DNA of 64,000 nucleotides from NCBI RefSeq assembly GCF_036321535.1, contig NC_087437.1, forward strand, positions 118,794,001 to 118,858,000. Reading direction: 5' to 3'. Shown one piece after another: positions 61,698 to 64,000 of the stretch. A program made the position numbers and the translations under genes. This stretch comes from Camelus dromedarius. Its lineage: Eukaryota. Below the pieces are notes generated by a model. That model was not told the origin of the DNA. It saw only the letters and a list, made by a program, of their open reading frames with translations, and searched no databases. Numbering within the stretch: position 1 is the stretch's first letter; every line of letters starts with the position of its first letter.

Positions 61698-62019
61698 CGT
61701 GAGGGAAGAGCCGGGCTGGGCCTCCTCATGAATCTAAGTTGATAACTGTCAGTCCCTACTCATGGTTTTTGCTAGCCAGCTGGATTTTCAGAGAGACATA
61801 TCTGGCCTTTTGTGGTAATGATGCTGCTACAGCTGTTCCATGCCTATTGGCTGAATACCCCAAGCTTGTAATTAACCCTATAAAGCCTCATGCACACGTT
61901 TTGGTGGTGCTCAGGGCTTTGGAGCAGAAGCCCCTCTGAGCCCGCCAGCATAATAAATCTGAGTACTCCAACCCTCCGAGTGGTGCCTGTTTCTTGGCTG
62001 GCCCGTCGTTTCCGTAGCA
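61698..62019 (+). repeat. 3' LTR (322 bp), preceded by polypurine tract AAGAGGGGGGAA (61686-61697)
   Basis: Homologous to 5' LTR; TATAAA 61879-61884, AATAAA 61952-61957; ends CA then TSD AGGG. Confidence 0.92.
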
Positions 62020-62206
62020 AGGGCAGAGCTGTGCAGCGGGACTTTCTGAGATGATGGAGGTGTTCTGTGCTGCTCTGTTGTCACCCTCTCTCCATATTCA
62101 GGCCTGAGCTCCCTAAGAAGGGAAGTCCAGATCATCCTGCAAGAACCCACTTGGACAGTGCACACCCTTAGGCTCAGAACCATCCCATGTTCTTGGAGAG
62201 CTCTTC

Positions 62207-64000
62207 TGATTTTGGAAATGCCTCCGACCTTCCCCAGGGACTGGGCATTGGGCCACGTGTACTTCACCAGCCAGGGCTCAGGGCCCAGGGCCACCAGCTC
62301 AGCTCCATCAGTGACAGACCCTGCGTTCCTAACAAGGCCCCAGGTGAAACCAGTGCTGCTGGTCCAGGGACGAGACTTTGAGAAGCACAGGTCTACGCCA
62401 CCCGCACAGAAGAAAAAACAAAACGCGGCAGTGACACAGGACGCTGACACGGGCTTCAGGCAGGAGAGAAGGGCGCTGGGCCAGGGCGCGCTGCTCTGCT
62501 CTTCAGCCCCCGCGGCGTCAGGCCTGGACGCATTACCCTGGAGGTTACGGAATGCCACACCGCTCTGCAAGATCCCGGGCTCCTAAGGACTGTGTCCAGG
62601 TTCCACGTGATGTCAGAGCTGCTGCCTGGTCAGAGAGCACAGCTCACCTGCAGGGAGGCTGAGCAGCGACGGTGCTGGGCTAGGGGCGGGCCTCTGACAC
62701 CGACCCTCCCCTAGGTACCACCCCTTCCTCCGGATTTCACCCCCAGTCGCCTCCTGGTTCTCCAGCAACTTCCTCTGCTTCTGCTCCGTCTGCATCTCCC
62801 AGCACTGTCCTCCTCCGGGCCCCGCCCCACGCCCCGTTCTGCCTCCGGCCCCGCCCCTTCTTCTGGCCCCGCCCCTTTCCCTGTACTCCCTCACCCTGCC
62901 CCTTCTTTCTTTGGGCTCCGCCCCTCCGCCCTCCCCGCTGATTCCTGAGTTGCTCTAGGTTTCCTTTCTCTTGATAGAGAAAAAGAAACTGAAACCTTAC
63001 TAGAACTGACTGGGAAACTTGAGATCAGAGAAGACAGGAGGGGAGGAGGCAATACAGGAAACCCAGTGGCTTAGGGTAACTCTCAGGAGATCACAGAAGC
63101 ACCACTCATTCTAGAAACACTGATCGAAACGTTATGTGCCAGGAACTGTGCTAGACCCCAAGTGAAACAGCCAACATCACGACCTGGTCCTGCCCACTGA
63201 CGGCCTGGTGACACACTGCACCTTCACAAGGCCAGAGACAGCTTGAGGAGGCCATGATCCTGGGGAAGGGGGGGGGGGCTGGGCATGGGGCTCCCAGAAA
63301 GCAAGTGCGCTAGGCCTGGAGAAGGACTGAGTGAGGGTGCTTTCTGGGAAGAAGCCCAGCGCCGCAGGTGGAGGAGGAACCGGGCTCCTGAGCTGGAGGG
63401 AGACCTTGTGTAGTGAGGAGGTGGACATCCAAGCAATGGGGGAGCAGCGAGGTGAGGCCCAGCGCAGGCAGGCCTGGTGCCCTAAGCTGAGCAGTTCCTT
63501 CACCCCTCCCAGCCCTGCAGGGGGCACCTGCAGCATTTAAACAGGGTGCTATTCCCTTCCCACAGGTGTCTGAGGAGATGCACCAGTTTGTAGGTAGAGC
63601 GCGATGCCTAGAAGCTTGCCAGGCCTGGTTTCCCATTAACACCAGCTCACCTCTACTCGGCAAGGCCAGGCCAGGCCGGGCATCTGATGAGACGACTGGA
63701 CAAGGAACAGAGAGGCCTGGAGAGCCCTGGGCACCCATGACTGCACAGGCGACAGGGGGTGGGCGGTGAGAGTATCTTTGACCTCTGACATGTGTCCCTG
63801 TGGATGCCGGGGTTTTGCCAGACACGTTTCAGCGCGGTGAGGAAACAACAGTAAGAGAGCAGGACCGGCCAGAGGCATGGCGGGGTCTCGGGGGCGCAAG
63901 GGGCTGGGCCCAGTCCAATGACATTCAGCCTGTGACTTCTCAGCACCTACTGCTAGTAGGTGGCAGGCCCTGGAGGGATACAAGCTTGAAAAGACCTTTG
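62207..64000 (-). repeat. Inverted segmental duplication, copy B (partner 17428-19217); runs off window end
   Basis: Reverse-complement identity to copy A. Confidence 0.95.
62642..63025 (-). promoter_or_regulatory. MX2: Candidate distal MX2 promoter and non-coding exon (ISRE plus GC boxes)
   Basis: GAAACTGAAACCT 62985-62997, GC-box cluster 62815-62940, donor CTGCAG|gtgagc at 62648/62647, same orientation as MX2. Confidence 0.65.

Larger units (their letters stand above)
56209..62019 (+). mobile_element. Defective endogenous gammaretrovirus-like (ERV1/class I) provirus: LTR-gag-(deleted)pol-(deleted)env-LTR
   Basis: Paired LTRs, 4-bp TSD AGGG (56205-56208, 62020-62023), PBS, PPT, recognisable Gag, RNase H, integrase and Env TM remnants. 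Confidence 0.95.

Noticed and set aside
61069..61731. 220-aa env ORF as a possible syncytin-like co-opted gene
   Set aside because: SU is missing and the frame shifts after CX6CC, losing the membrane anchor
61911..62570. Identical ORFs seen twice (e.g. MQSGVAFRNL..., MSGKTPAST...) suggesting a duplicated protein gene
   Set aside because: By-product of the inverted duplication; no protein homology, non-ATG starts, and indels shift the frames

Overview
Mammalian genomic DNA from the MX locus. It is probably cetartiodactyl and possibly camelid, an inference from artiodactyl-type L1 3' ends and no obvious ruminant or pig SINEs. On the minus strand lie the 5' half of MX1 (six coding exons, running off the window start) and an apparently intact MX2 (13 coding exons, 2139 nt, 712 aa), each with ISRE-bearing promoters. 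Upstream of MX2 is a deleted gammaretrovirus-like provirus (56209-62019; AGGG target-site duplication, tRNA-Thr PBS). Its gag gene carries a spliced, circularly permuted ATXN7 fragment with an apparent back-splice junction, consistent with retroviral capture of a circular RNA. MX2 is also bracketed by a near-identical inverted duplication of at least 1.79 kb (17428-19217 / 62207-64000) containing an ISRE/GC-box promoter-like module pointing inward from both sides. MX1 and MX2 share apparent gene-conversion tracts in GTPase exons. Comparisons to human sequences are from memory, and repeat family names and boundaries are by eye.
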